The translations under genes and the position numbers were made by a program. Of a stretch of 64,000 nucleotides of DNA, positions 37,905 to 50,639 are shown in pieces. Source of the DNA: Raillietiella orientalis (taxonomy: Eukaryota); the NCBI GenBank assembly GCA_036172245.1, contig JAYWIR010000033.1:558001-622000 (forward strand). Direction: 5' to 3'. The first letter of the stretch is position 1. Every line of letters starts with the position of its first letter. The notes under the pieces are model-generated. The model was not told the DNA's origin and did not search any database. It worked only from the letters and a program-made list of their open reading frames with translations.

Positions 37905-40900
37905 CGTCCCTCCTTAGGAGAGCACACTATAAGTGGAAGCACCTAAACATGGACCGTGCCCTATGTGCGGCGAATGAAGCGCATTAGGATTGCGGACAAG
38001 TCATCGGGTTTCCCAACTCCTGGGACGAAGTCGACTATCCAAACTCGTCCAGCAGCTCGACGTCCTTACAGAACCTCAATTGGTTCAACTTGTTGCCTTC
38101 AAGTAACCACATCACCACGCAGCAAGACAGAATGACCACTGCAGCCCGGACGAAAATGGACAACGAAATGCCTTCAACATCGACGGCGGCTAAACATCAT
38201 CTCAGCCTGCTACATGCTCTGAGCGGGCCGCCTGTCTCGGTACCGACACGAGCTACAAAGGACCTAAATCATCAATATCAGCCCAGAGCACTTGTAACCA
38301 GGCTCTCCAGTGCTGAGATTGACTATTTTACTTGTCCACATCAGTGCAACGTGCCTCCCAGAGCCCTGACTCCTGTTCAATGGTCTCACAACTCCGGGCA
38401 CTCGACTCTGACCCTTGCCTCTCCCTCGCAAACTAGAGCTGATCTCCTTGAGCAACTCTCCCCGAGGGATTCTACCACAATACTGGTGCCTGGTTCTCCT
38501 CCATTCGCTCCTCCTGTGCATATCGCATATGTTCATGCAGTCGAGAGAAAGAAGCCTAGGCGCAGAAAACAGCGCCCGGTCATCCCACGGCTACAACGTC
38601 AAATGCGGCTCTCCCAGGCACATAATGGACAATTAGTGATGCAAGACTTAGATCTTTAACCTAGTGAGCGTGCACCAAATAGATTACCACCGCGGCCTCG
38701 CTCCTTAGCACACGAGAACCCGATCCCGGTCACACAGAGAGTGAATGAACCGCCTTTCCCTTCCCAGATAGAGAATGCCTCCTCGTCTACTACTTGACAA
38801 CCGGCACCTGTCGCACCTTCGATCCTGACTGAGCATGATGTCCTCCTGGTCTACCTCCCGAACAGCACCAGCATGCCCTGCCCACATCCACGATGCACAT
38901 GGAAGGCCACAACACAGCAAGCCAAGTCCACTCTAGGGTCGCTGCGCCGACAGCTTAAGATGGCTCATTGGATTACGGTACTTGGTTCTCTTCCCCAAAA
39001 CATTACTGCCCTCCCACGTTTGGACCTTTGTTTTGTTTTTTTTTTATCCCCACCCTGCGCATCAGAAGGACCTCGCCGGAATAGCGCCGGCAAGCAGCAA
39101 GCTGTTTTGGTGTGGTGGACCTTCGGGTTCGCCACGCGACAATTCTATGTATTTTTAGTTTCCATAAACAATTGCCCCGGCATATCAGGGTGTGAAGACA
39201 GCAGCGCTGTCCCTGCTTGCCCCGCAACGCCTCCTCACCAGAGATCTGCCTCGAGGAGCCAAAGGGAGGTTAGGAGAAGGTGGTCGGATCCCCTCAGGGG
39301 AACAGCCAGACTCCTTGAAGACATTGGGGCTCATCCACCAACTGTGGACAGATGAAGCCTCGCCATGCGTGCACTTGACTCTTCCTATAGCACAATCAGA
39401 GATGCTTTCGGACTACGCCCCTTTGCTGTGCTCACGATACATGTGAGACCCTCGAGTGTCACCTCGATCCCTCCAAAGGTTGTGCAGTCAGAACCGCCGC
39501 CGAGCCATTCGGCTCATATTGGACGGTCCCCCGGTTAAGTGCCATGTTGATCGGCAAGGAACACAGGCATACTTCGCCCATCTCCTTGCGGCTACGTCCG
39601 GGTTCCAGCCATTGAGCTGGAGCTCTGAACTTTCTGTGAACTATGAGACGGTTAACTTCTCTTCCTTCGACCCGAAGGAGATTGCCAGCTGCTTGCGGTT
39701 ATGTGAGAACACTGCTCCGGGAGCAGACGGCAACCTCTCCTCGGCTTTCCGCTTCCTTGACCCCGAATGCCGCTTCCTCACTGCAATCTTCAACATTTGC
39801 CTCGCACACCGCCGGATCCCGCCGGAACGGAAGGACTCGCGCACGACCCTTATTCCAAAATCGCAGCATGCCCAGCTGGAGCATCTCTCTCAATTTCGCC
39901 CGATTGCGATCAGTAGCACCATCGGAAAACTTTTTTCAAAGTGACTCGCAGGGCGAATGCGCGAATGGATCTTAGACAACCGGGCATTGGGGCCACATCA
40001 AAAAAGCTTCCTTCCCTATGATGGTGTCCTTGAGCACAATTTCATGCTGAGGCACCAGATGGACTACAGCAGGCGTTATCTTCGCACATTGTGCGTTGCC
40101 TGGCTGGACTTGAAGGACGCTTTTGCCTCAATCTCGCACTTCCAGCTCTTCTCCTCCCTCCAATGTGCTGGTGCTGACGATAGCCTCATAGAGCTTATCT
40201 GCCAGATGTACTCTTAAAACAACACCCAGATCGTCACCACCGAAGGCCTCACTGACCCCACTGCGGTCACCAGGGGCGTGAAGCAGGGATGCTCTCTGTC
40301 TGGCCTCCTGTTCAACATTGCCCTGGAACCGCTGTGTGTGCATCAAGCAGAACATTCCAGGCGTCAATGTGTTGGCCTATGCTGATGATCTCGTTCATTT
40401 GACGGAAGAGCCGGCTACTCTGCAACGAGCGCTTGACTGTGCGAGTGGGATGGCTAGCCGTCTTGGGCTTAGCATCAACACGAAAAAGTGTGCTTCTCTC
40501 CACCTAGACCCCCGTTCACCTTGTGCTACTGGTAAGCAACGATTTCGGGTTGCGGGTGAACCCATGCCTGCCCTCTCGGATGCCGGCACGTATAAATACT
40601 TAGGGCGACCGGTTGGCTTTGACGCCATCCACAGTGACTCCCTAGATGAGTCAATTTTAGCCAGCGTGACAATGGTGCTTGATGCTCCCCTTGTGCCATG
40701 GCTGAAGATCGATGCCATCAAAACTTTCATATTCTTATTCTTCGTCCACTCGTCACCAATTGGGTCCAAACCGAAAACTTTCTGCGCTGCTCTTGACAAC
40801 CTGATCATAAAAGCACTCAAGGAGGACATCCTCCCTCTCACACAAGCTTCCTCCACGGAAGACTTGTATAATTCCATAGCCCAAGGAAGCATGGGATTAG

Positions 40901-42163
40901 TCCTCCTAGCAGAGAAAGCCGAGATAATGGCCATTGATTCTGCCTTCAAATTGCTATCCTGCTCGGACTTCATCATCCCAGAAATGGCTTCGGAGTCCCT
41001 TTGCGAGACAGTCCGAAGGAAAATCAAACAAGAGCCCTCACCGGACCTCATATCGGGATACCTGAATGGCATCATTGCTGCACCCTTTGATCTGCCATCA
41101 CGTGATCCCAAGGAGTACTGGTCGCGAGCTCGTGAGGCCTCGAAACGGCTCCAGCACAAGTGAGTGTTTATGCTGACCAAGTCTCTTTACAGCTTGCCAC
41201 AAGAACCTTGCGTGAATCTTATCGGAAGATCGTAGCCCGGTCAATCCGTGGCCGACGTTGACTTAGACGCAGTGAAGCTTTCAAAGCCAAGCCTCATCAA
41301 TTCCAAATCATCGACTGTGTGGCCCTTCTCCCGGAATCTATGGTCTTTTTGGAGCGTCCAGATCTCATGAGATCCTAGTGGCTGGCGCTTCATTCACCGT
41401 GCGCGCCTCAACCAAGTGCACCTAAATGGTAATAGGAAGCGTCCCGACTTTCATGAGGCCTGCCGTCACTGCCCATATCCCAAGGAGACTCTGTCTCATG
41501 TCCTGTGTCACTGCACCAAGCACTTGGAGACCGGCATCATGGCACGACACAACCAGATCCTGGATCTAATCGATCCATTCGTTCGTTCGAAGTGGCGCCA
41601 CCTCGCCATCGAACGATCCGACCCGAGCATAAACAGCCCCCTGAAGGCAATCGCATACTGATCGTGGACGTCACAATTCCATTCGAGAACCGAAGAGACG
41701 CCATAGATACAGCAAGAAGCCCAAAGTTGGACAAATATGGTGGCATCAGCAGGGAATACCAAGCTCAGGGCTCCCAGGTTAAAGTGGAGGTGATCGTTGT
41801 CGGGTCGCTGGGAAGCTGGCACCCGAACAACGACGCCGTTCTCAGCTGTTTCGGCCCGAGTGCACAGGAAATAAAGGCGAGTCGCCCCAGGATCATGTGC
41901 TCAGTGATCCGAGCTGCTCAAGATATCTACTTTAACCACACCACCACTCGACCTACATCGACATTGAACCTGCTGCCCAGGAGCTCACTCCGGCAGCGCA
42001 TCCCTCGTGGTGTAGTGCGGACTTCAGGGACCGGATTGACCTGTGAGCTCAGTGTCCCTCCTTGACTTATTTGTGTCCCACCATTGCGAAAACCTGGGTG
42101 TCACCCAGTGCGTTTTCACTCTCTAGAGTTTTTATTGTTCAACCAAAAGCGTGGTAAATAAAA
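37905..42163 (+). mobile_element. RLE-type non-LTR retrotransposon (R2/NeSL/Utopia-like), decayed
   Basis: N-terminal CPHPRC..H finger; RT QKSFLPYDGVLEHNF, AWLDLKDAF, LAYADDL, KYLG; CRHCPYPKETLSHVLCHC, RHN, IVDVTIPFE, KLDKY nuclease motifs; ends GCGTGGTAAATAAAA. Confidence 0.88.
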
Positions 42164-42554
42164 CGTCGCCGCCACCGCGTTCGGACTGGTCGGTTGGTCA
42201 AGGTGGCCGCTATCTTAGTCGGGTCGCTGGGAAACTAGCACCCGAACAACGATGCGGTCCTGAGCTGCCTGGGCCCGAGCAACCCAGAAATAAAGGCGAT
42301 CCTTCCTTGAATCGTGTGCTCAGTGATCCGGGCGGCAAGGGATATCTACTTAGACCACACCACCAGCCGACCATCGGCGGACACCGAGCCGATGCTCTCG
42401 GCACCCTTGTCGTTTGCAGCTCATCCATCATGGTGCGGGGCTGCATTCAGAGACCCCATCGAACTATAACCGAGTGATCAATGAACTGCGAACTCCAAGT
42501 GCATCCAATCTCGTATGGCAACTATTGTAAAATAAGAAACGTGGAATAAATAAA
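42164..42554 (+). mobile_element. 3' fragment of a second, diverged RLE element
   Basis: VKVAAILVGSLGN*HPNNDAVL aligns with VKVEVIVVGSLGSWHPNNDAVL near 41780; ends CGTGGAATAAATAAA. Confidence 0.8.
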
Positions 42555-42990
42555 GTTACTCCCACTGTTTACTTGCACTTGGTTGAATCTCTTCACTTTG
42601 ACATTCAGAGCAGTGGACAGAAATCACATCGCGTCAACACCAGCAACGGCCATTGCGATGCTTTGTTTTAATTAGTCGGATTCCCCTTGCCCGTGCCAGT
42701 TCAGAGTCGATCGCTGCAAACCAGCCGAAACGCTCCGGGACCAAAGAGTCCGGTCGCGCGCAGGGCGACCACCGACCGGAACTTCAAGCGAGGCCGTTCC
42801 GGGGTTCGGAATCTCTAGCAAGAACGCCATGGGAGACCATCATCGCTACAGAAAAGGGCGCGCCATCAGAGTGCGCCGCGGGCCCAAGCGGAACCGCCGG
42901 CACGTACGCGCCCCGACCGAGCGGCAAAACGCCGATGTGCCGTTAGCCTGTTCTCTCGTGCCACCCTGCCACAGCTGACGCTGAAGCATC
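42554..42990 (-). rRNA. 28S rRNA: 28S/LSU rDNA pseudogenic fragment (conserved core 42554-42705; probable expansion segment beyond)
   Basis: Minus strand reads GGGGAATCCGACTAATTAAAACAAAGCATCGC..TGTTGACGCGATGTGATTTCTG..GCTCTGAATGTCAAAGTGAAGAGATTCAACCAAG..GTAAAC..GGGAGTAACT; right end uncertain. Confidence 0.85.
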
Positions 42991-43229
42991 GCCTCATGTT
43001 CTGACTTTCCTTTCCTCAATCAGGAGCATCTCCCATAACAATCGTGAAACGACTCCACCAAACTCTTCAGCAACAAATACACCTAGACCTTCAAGTGGCA
43101 CTGCTTTAAATACTCCAGTCAATTCTACGATCGATAATTTCCTCCGAGAAATCCACTCACCCTCGATCAACCCTACTTCCCAACTTCTCTGAACAATTAC
43201 GTGCCCCAATTTCCCAACCTGAAAAGAAA

Positions 43230-43575
43230 GATGAACAATAGAAATCCTGAAGTCCAAATTGATCTCCCTCCTCTTATGCTTATGATGTCGTCCTAATAGC
43301 GAATTCTCCCCGCAATCTTGAAAATGCCCTCAACCACTTTGCTGCGGCTACCAGCATAGCCCGTTTCACCATCAACCCAAAAAATTGTGCCCCTTACCAT
43401 TTCGTTTCTTTTCTTGAAAGGTCCTACATCGGGTTTGACCCTCTTATCTATGACAGTGCATCGGTAAATTTGCCCTCAACTTTTAAATTATTCTGCAATC
43501 TCCTCAAGCGCTGTGGAAGAAGTTGGATGCCATCAAAACGTTTTTCATTCTCTCCCTCGTACACGACCTTCGTTT
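43230..43575 (+). pseudogene. Highly decayed RLE-type RT fragment
   Basis: AYDVVLIANSPRNLENAL..TINPKNCA and WKKLDAIKTF resemble the RT of 40318-41163. Confidence 0.55.
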
Positions 43576-43599
43576 AGGTAACAAGCAATTATCGGCAAA

Positions 43600-44150
43600 C
43601 CTTCTCGCCAATCTACGTCTCAGAAAGCGGCAACTGGAACTCTTCGACGCCAACAAAAAACCAGCAAACCAGAGAACCATATTCTAGTTTTACGACACAT
43701 TTGGCAACGCAGGAAAAACTACGATGGTCAAATATCTATAAAGCAAAAAAGGAACCATCTACATGCATTTCTGCCGAAAAGCTGGCGCAGCCCATATCTA
43801 CAATGGGGAACATCGTTGTCACGTGACACACACGTGTCTTCACACGTGACAACCAAGAACACGTACAATATGGCTTTGTAGAATCCCTCAAAAATGGGAT
43901 ATTCGACTCCAAATATCAAGGATCGATGAAGTACTTTGACGTTGGAAACACTCATATTTGCGAACTGGGAGTCCGACAACTCAAAAATGAGTGCTGACAG
44001 ACGGTTTGCAAAAAATATTGGCAGACGTGCAGATTCCCAAGATACGAGTTGGAAAATGAATGGAAAAGGATCCATTCTCCCATGGGCTTCAAGCCCTAGA
44101 ACAGAGCAAGTGCATGACACGCCTGACTTCTCTTGAGCACGCTTTCACCA
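43600..44150 (+). pseudogene. rep: CRESS virus Rep helicase half (decayed endogenous viral element)
   Basis: FYDTFGNAGKTT, IYMHFCRKAGAAHIYNG, VQYGFVESLKNGIFDSKYQG, KMSADR; homologous to 62537-63085. Confidence 0.85.
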
Positions 44151-44204
44151 ATTTCTTTGAGTGATTTCGCTAGCAGCGAAATCACTCAAAGAAATTTTTT
44201 ACTA

Positions 44205-44305
44205 CTAGTATATTGCTAAATCTCTGTTCTGATTGAACTCCAAATAAAACATTTGGGTTATTCTATATAGAGAGTAGCCTTTTGTTAAAGTACCCTCCTT
44301 TGGAA
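44205..44305 (-). pseudogene. cap: CRESS capsid C-terminal fragment converging on rep
   Basis: PKEGTLTKGYSLYRITQMFYLEFNQNRDLAIY* vs PKNGNLTKGYPIFRITTRYYIWFKHLRDVSLY* at the end of ORF 62232-62513. Confidence 0.75.
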
Positions 44306-44314
44306 CCGGTTGAT

Positions 44315-47300
44315 AGGAAAATAACTATTCTACTAACCTCAAAATATTAACCATTGACTACTGCCTGATGAAAATACACAAACATCTTGCGTTGCACTGA
44401 ATTTTGCATGAATTTCTTGTCACCACGTTCTACCTAATTTTCCAAATACATATTTCGAATATAATGTAGTAACACGTGATTCCTTCAAAAACAAAAACTA
44501 GAAAACTGCCACGTGACAAAAAAACTAAATAAATTTTAGAATCTGAAGTAACAGCCAGTTACTTGAACAGCAAGATTTTAATTCGCACTAGTTTCACGGG
44601 AAAATTCCGCGATTTGCAATAGCAACCGAAAGATGTGCCAACATGCTAGTAAGCCATAGATACACTGAACATTCACACATACTTTCCAACCCTGGGTGCA
44701 AGCCCAACCTTGGATGGACTTACCGAAGCAGTTAGCACCTTCAAACATGCCCACCCCTTATATGGGCTCTTTTCATATTAGAATACAATCAGGGCGTCAT
44801 GAAAGCATTGCCAATTCCAAGATCTTAACATGTACAGATGATCTCCTGATCATTACCAGAAATCCAAACGATCTGCTATCGGCCTTAGACCTGACTGGGG
44901 CACTCACAAAATTAATTGGTGTACTGCCAAACACAAATTAGCGTAACTAACTTCACTGCCAAGCGAAAACACCGACATATCTGGGAATGACTTTCTTCTC
45001 CATTTTCAAGAGCCTCAAGTGTTGCATTCGACTACCACACCATGCATAATTTTGCCGTGCACACAGTACACTGCAATACGATGCGTGGTACACATTACAC
45101 GTGAATCATGTGCATGATGTTTTCAGATGTCGTGATGCGGTTTTTCAATGATATAACTTATATTGAAGAGATGCATACATGCAGATACATTTGCATAGTG
45201 AGTTCACAAGATGACATGTTGGCAACCACCTAAAACATCCGAGTCCTCACAAGCTTAGATTGCACCTACGATTTGAAAAAGTCAACTCAACTCTCAGCAT
45301 GCAACGAAATTACTAACAGCTTACACGTTAGACAACACTAGTGCATCAACTGCAACCCTACTGTCACATTTGACAGAATTGGCCATCCAGACTTCCCTCT
45401 GGCTGAATGTACATTACAAAACAGTTCAGCAACATGCACAAGCATCCCATGCACATCTCATCAGCACAGCAGGCCCTGATGTAACAAAGCATGGCATGAA
45501 CAAAAACGTTGCAATTCTCAACACTTTCACAGCAGTGAAAGTCCAACAGCTCCACAATCTTTCTTTCTAGAATTTACATCTCCAAGTCTCACTGAATCAT
45601 CTCATTACAAGCAGAACATCCACACATTTTTTTGCCATCCATAAACTCTCCTGTCAACAATCGCCATCACAGTAAACGTGCAAAGTGGAACGGGACCAAG
45701 ATGCAGTTCTCAAAACTCTAGTAGGTCGCTCTTCCATTGCTTCTTGACGACGTTCTCGATTTCTGATGACTGAAGAAAAACAACAACGACATTGCAAGCG
45801 AGTGCTTCCGTTCAACTCCTTTCTTTGTTCTGCATCACTGCAAAAGAAATCACAAGCATTCCAGCACCTTTCCTTTTTCCGATTCTCACAGCAATTTTCA
45901 AAAAAGCAAAAATTAATTCCTTTACCGTAAAGTGCTCACTGCTAACAGCACCTTCCTTTTCCCATCGATCACATACTCCTCGAATGCACACATGCCTTGC
46001 AACCCGACCATTCCACCATCCACACTTTGAGCCACAGCATTTCTTCCCACGTTCCAAACCGAAACTGAACCGTGCAGCGCCACACCCACTTCAACCAGAA
46101 AGCGCAGCCGCCCCTTTCCCCTCTTCCCGCTCTTTAGCCTCTTCCTGTGCGCTTCAAGATGTGCATTTCGAGGAGAAACAGACAGCGTGGAGTTCGATCT
46201 CCCCAAGTCTTTTGGCAACAACAGCTTCCCTTGAAATTGCACCTTTCCACTCTTCACCACTCTTCAATGATCCTTTCGCAATGATTCCCTTACGTCTTCT
46301 CCATTGAAGACATTCCTCGGTTCTTCCACCCATGTCGGTGTTCTTTTGCAATCTGAGGTCTCCGAATGCACAAGAGGCTTCTCACATTCTCCTATCGTCA
46401 CTTTTACGATTTGTTTGGGAAGTGTTTCATCAGCGGGCGCACTTTTTCAAAAAGTACTGCACATGTCCACGAAAATGAATCGAGTTTTAGATTCTCTTAT
46501 ACACAGAAAAGCTGCTTTCCATCGTGAGGACGAAACCAAACCTCGCATGGAAAGGGAGAACCCTTTCCATGCTTGGCTTTTCAAGATTGAAAATTCGCCA
46601 GGGCCTGCAGGGAGATTCTTTCACGGAGCTTCCAAGGATATCAATTTCAATTCAGAACGGTGGTGGAGACAGAACAGCAATCGGTCACGTCGGAACGAAT
46701 ATCTCACTTGTCCTGATGGAAGCAACACCAGGAATGAATTTTAAACAAGTTTGTGTTTGATTAAATTAGGCATAAATTCTACGGATATAAGAACGAAGGA
46801 AGGAATCTTTGCATAAATTGATCATTCATTGGAACTGCCTATGTTGCCTCCGGGACATCAGCCTTCCTGACTTGATGAGAGGACGAAGGGAAGTGCCAAG
46901 CTGAACTGCGACAGATGCGGGAAATTTTTCGTTAGACTGCAACTGTTTCTCTTTCCATGAAATCGAGAAAACTGGTCAAGAAAATAGCATTCTTGTAACA
47001 ACCACTCCTTCTCCTCATCACACAAATTCTTTCGAGACCGATGACTTTGCGAATTATTGTTTTTTTCTAACCACTGACAATATTTTGCTTCCTAAATGCT
47101 GTGCAGCTCCTTTCACATGCAAGAAATTCATATTCTTTATTTTGCTCTCCATGTGCAAGAGCATTGGTTCCTCCAGAAAATTGGAAGGATAGCCCTTGGA
47201 TGGATGCTTCCCTTTCTTTATCAAAACTTGGAAAAGCCTTCTCAATGAATTCGGAGATCACCATCTCACCTGCTCTTCAAATCGCCTCGATTGGCCATTG

Positions 47301-48420
47301 CAAGCACCAGGATTCGTGCTTCCACCTTTCTTAGGTGTGGATGAATTTCAATTAAAACTCACATCACAAGTTGGTTTCTTGGAATACGTGTTTTCCCGAG
47401 CTTTCAGTAAGCCTGCATTTCTTCTCCCTAATTTCTCCCCAGAGTTACGTGAATAAAAGAGGATGCATAAGCCTTTCGTTTTCTGATTTGAGATTTTTAA
47501 TTGCATGATGTTCAGTGTAAGAAGTCAGCTCGAGTGAAGAAGCTTCGTGCAGCTCATCAGATTCCACCGAAACCGAGGAAACGTGCCGTCCGACACACGA
47601 GTACATTTTTGATAACCTGGTTATTAAATAGTCTTGTAATTTTGAACATCTGTTTCAAAGCCATCTTCAAAATCCGAACCCATGTATCCAACAGATTTTC
47701 TTTTCGAGCTGATTTTTGTGTACATTTTTGTGGAATCGTCATCTTTAGATTCCTAAAGGAGGATTTTCCTTTCGATCCAAAAACTTTCCTTATATCCATG
47801 CAGGGCAACCGCGGCTGCAGGTTATTGCGCAACTGTTTTCTTACAAAGTTCGGTTTGATCATCCTTTAGAATTTTCCAGTCCGAGGCATTGAGAAACTGT
47901 GCTGAAATTCCACACCAAAGGTGAATGCTGCAGTTCTGCACTCCTGCCGTTCAGCTAAACGATTTGAATGCTATTTTGGCACAATGCTTTTCTCCGACGC
48001 CAACCCACTTGCCTTTTGTTTTTCGAATGCACTGAGAATCAGCACGTCTTTGCTGTCCTGAGTATGTTGATGACCTGTCCTAAATCAAACAGTTGCATTT
48101 ACTGTTCACTATTCCAAATTTCAGGCAGCTGCAACGTTCGCACTGGGGAAGTGCTCTTGAATGCACTGGGTTGATTGATTGCCTAGTGTGCTGCCAGACT
48201 ATGATGTTTCCCACTTCCAAAAATTCGAAAATGGGGATTGTCTGCAATTTTCAGCTGCATAGGAGAAATCCAGTTGTAGCAATCGAGCAATCTTTGGTGC
48301 TTCAAAGCAGGAGTTGAGGGTTCCCTGGGAACATGTACATGTTTGCTGTCTAGCTGTGTTCGATCATATGCTGCCCCCTTAGTCAGTTTCTCACATTTGG
48401 CGTTCCCTCAACCTAAATGT
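44315..48420. repeat. Left arm of large diverged inverted repeat
   Basis: Reverse-complement blocks: 44315-44550/59480-59720; 44560-44970/58430-58850; 45140-46410/57290-58350; 46420-46930/56270-56745; 47490-48420/53345-54290. Paired ORFs MKTFLGSSTH.. and MVKSGKVQF.. occur on opposite strands. Confidence 0.9.
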
Positions 48421-48429
48421 GGTGAGCGG

Positions 48430-48665
48430 GTCTCGGATGAAGCACTCCACGGGAAGTTGTGACGACGAAGACTGCAAGGCATATATGTTTACATGCCGAT
48501 CGATAAGAGTCTTCATGTCTTGAGGTGTCCCACATTGCTCCGCGACTGACTGGCCCTGGAAAGCGTCATTGGGCTGACCACCACTTCAGTCATGAGAATT
48601 CAAGCAGGGATGTGCCATGAAAACGGGAGCGTTTTCTTCTACAATTCAATGACCCAACCACGCCG
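48430..48665 (+). mobile_element. Decayed family E LINE zinc-finger fragment
   Basis: TGTCCCACATTGCT..GACTGG..CTG.AAA..TCAT.GG.CT.ACCACC matches about 32230-32415. Confidence 0.65.
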
Positions 48666-49344
48666 ACCAAGAAGTATGTTTAGTACGAAACAATATGCAT
48701 CTGAATGTCTCTACTAAACAAGAAATATATATATATTAGTTGTCAGGGAGCACATGAATCAATTGATATTTACAAATGATAGGATACTGAAGGTGATTGG
48801 TTACTCAGATAATTGCCAGGGTGAGAGTGAATCCACATCTGGATCTGTATTGATTACTACGAGTCTTGCAATATGTAAGAGTTGTACTGTGAGTGTCATT
48901 TTCCATACATAGACCAGAAATTGCTGCTGCCATGCTGTCAACACTGGTGAGAGAAAGCACTGTGCCATAATACAAAAGAGGTGATGCAACATGAAGTGTT
49001 AAATTTTTTTCCATTGCAGTGAAGGTAGCAAGACGTGCACCAACGTTTGGAGGCCACATATCACAAAAATGCCACCATATCTTTTAGCCAACTCCGTATG
49101 TTTTTCTCCTTCATTTCAAGTGTCACAAAAATATGAAACTGTGATTAGTATTTTCGGTTTGACCAAAGACTGATTCCTGAATTTTGTGTGAACGCAAGGG
49201 ACATATATCACTACTTCACTTACAGTTAATCTGTAGTACTCACTTGGTGAGTACAGAAAGTGTAACATCCAATTAATACAAAATCATGTGCAACATACGG
49301 CAATCTCTCTTTCTCCAAAGCATTCCTCACCGTTAGACAGATTA

Positions 49345-49480
49345 CGCCTAATCCCCAGTATTCCATCTCACCAATCCTTTGGCCACCAAAATGTGTTTTT
49401 CCATTAAGAAGCTATTGAGTAATCAAACTATAAGTGCGAGTAGACCTTGCGTGAATTTTATTCCAAGTATGATTCCAAGA
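49345..49480 (-). pseudogene. rpoB: Bacterial RNA polymerase beta C-terminal fragment, Rickettsiales-like
   Basis: [37 protein letters not shown] vs consensus DKIHARS.GPYSL.TQQPLGGK..FGGQRFGEME. Confidence 0.85.
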
Positions 49481-49724
49481 CTTAATAGACTGTAGAATCG
49501 AAAGCTTTATACCCACAGCATTGTTTGCATACGGTGATACGCAACATGCCGCTGCTCCCCATAAATCATTAGGAAAAATGTGACACTACCTCTTCACCAA
49601 CCTTAATTACATCTCCAGCACGCATGCTCACCTATGATATGTGAATCTATCTTGATATAACGCTTAAGCCATGCAATAGCGTCTTTTGTTCTAGGAATTG
49701 GCATGTCCCTCCTCATCGCCTGTT

Positions 49725-49930
49725 ATATTCTGAACATCATCATATTTTCCAAAATATCCATAAGCTTGATCATAGTTTTCAACTTGTCTTCACTAAGTGA
49801 TATTTGCTCATTAGGCTTCCAAATTAACTTTGCAACAGATGCTGTTCTCAGTCCAGATTGTAACCTCCCTTTTGTACTATGAAAACCTGTATGGTCACAA
49901 AAAATCCCACACCCGATTTCATACAATGTA
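49725..49930 (-). pseudogene. yebC: YebC/PmpR family C-terminal fragment
   Basis: AKLIWKPNEQISLSEDKLKTMIKLMDILE then, after a frameshift, DDVQNI. Confidence 0.65.
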
Positions 49931-50364
49931 CAACCCAAGGCTCGAGCATCATGTGCGATCTGCAGCATTCTGTCTTGCACAGCTTTTGAAGCAAAGTTAT
50001 ACTATTTTTGTTCTCACAAAATTTAATGAACTTTGTGCCAACACAGAGACATCTCTGGAATTATTTGGCATATTTTCTGCTGACAATACACATTCTTCTG
50101 CAGCCGCCAGATCACCATTGTAAACATAAATATCTGCTAATTCTTGATTTGGCCTAAGAACTTGCTTTTTTACAGCTGCTCTGTAATTTTGCCAGCTCAT
50201 CAGATGCTTCGTACCCATTAAGACTCGATTCAATTATATGCAAAAGATCAGACCTAAAATTTGCACCGAGCTCGGGTCTTTCACGCAACTCCTTAAACTC
50301 TAACACAGTAAATCGATTATCAAATTCAATCGTATTGCTCCCACTGATAGCTATTGTATTTTTC

Positions 50365-50630
50365 TTTGTTGTTTCTCCTTGCTGGCTCAATGCTTAGTGA
50401 TACCTGTGATCAAACTTGCTTTCTGTTTCAGATGAATTCTTTGAATGCCATGTTTTTCGAATGTATTTAGCAATATTCTGTGTCATCAACACACCATTAC
50501 CAAGGCTGTGCGTTTCTGGTGTAATTTCAGCGTTATCTGAGATGTTTTCCTCTGCTCTATACAAGTTTTCTAGAATCCGAACTAGTTCTTTTGAAAAATT
50601 TGCAATAGCATGCTTTTTGGCAGCATCGAG
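50365..50630 (-). pseudogene. grpE: GrpE nucleotide exchange factor fragment
   Basis: AKKHAIANFSKELVRILENLYRAEENI..GVLMT / LLNTFEKHGIQRI / KFDHRYH*ALSQ. Confidence 0.8.
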
Positions 50631-50639
50631 CTAACGTAG

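Noticed and set aside
37905..42560. U2 snRNA target flanking the Utopia-like element
   Set aside because: No U2 sequence seen at either end.
48805..49059. Possible GMP synthase fragment (LTSVDSMAA)
   Set aside because: Match limited to a few residues; flanks do not fit.
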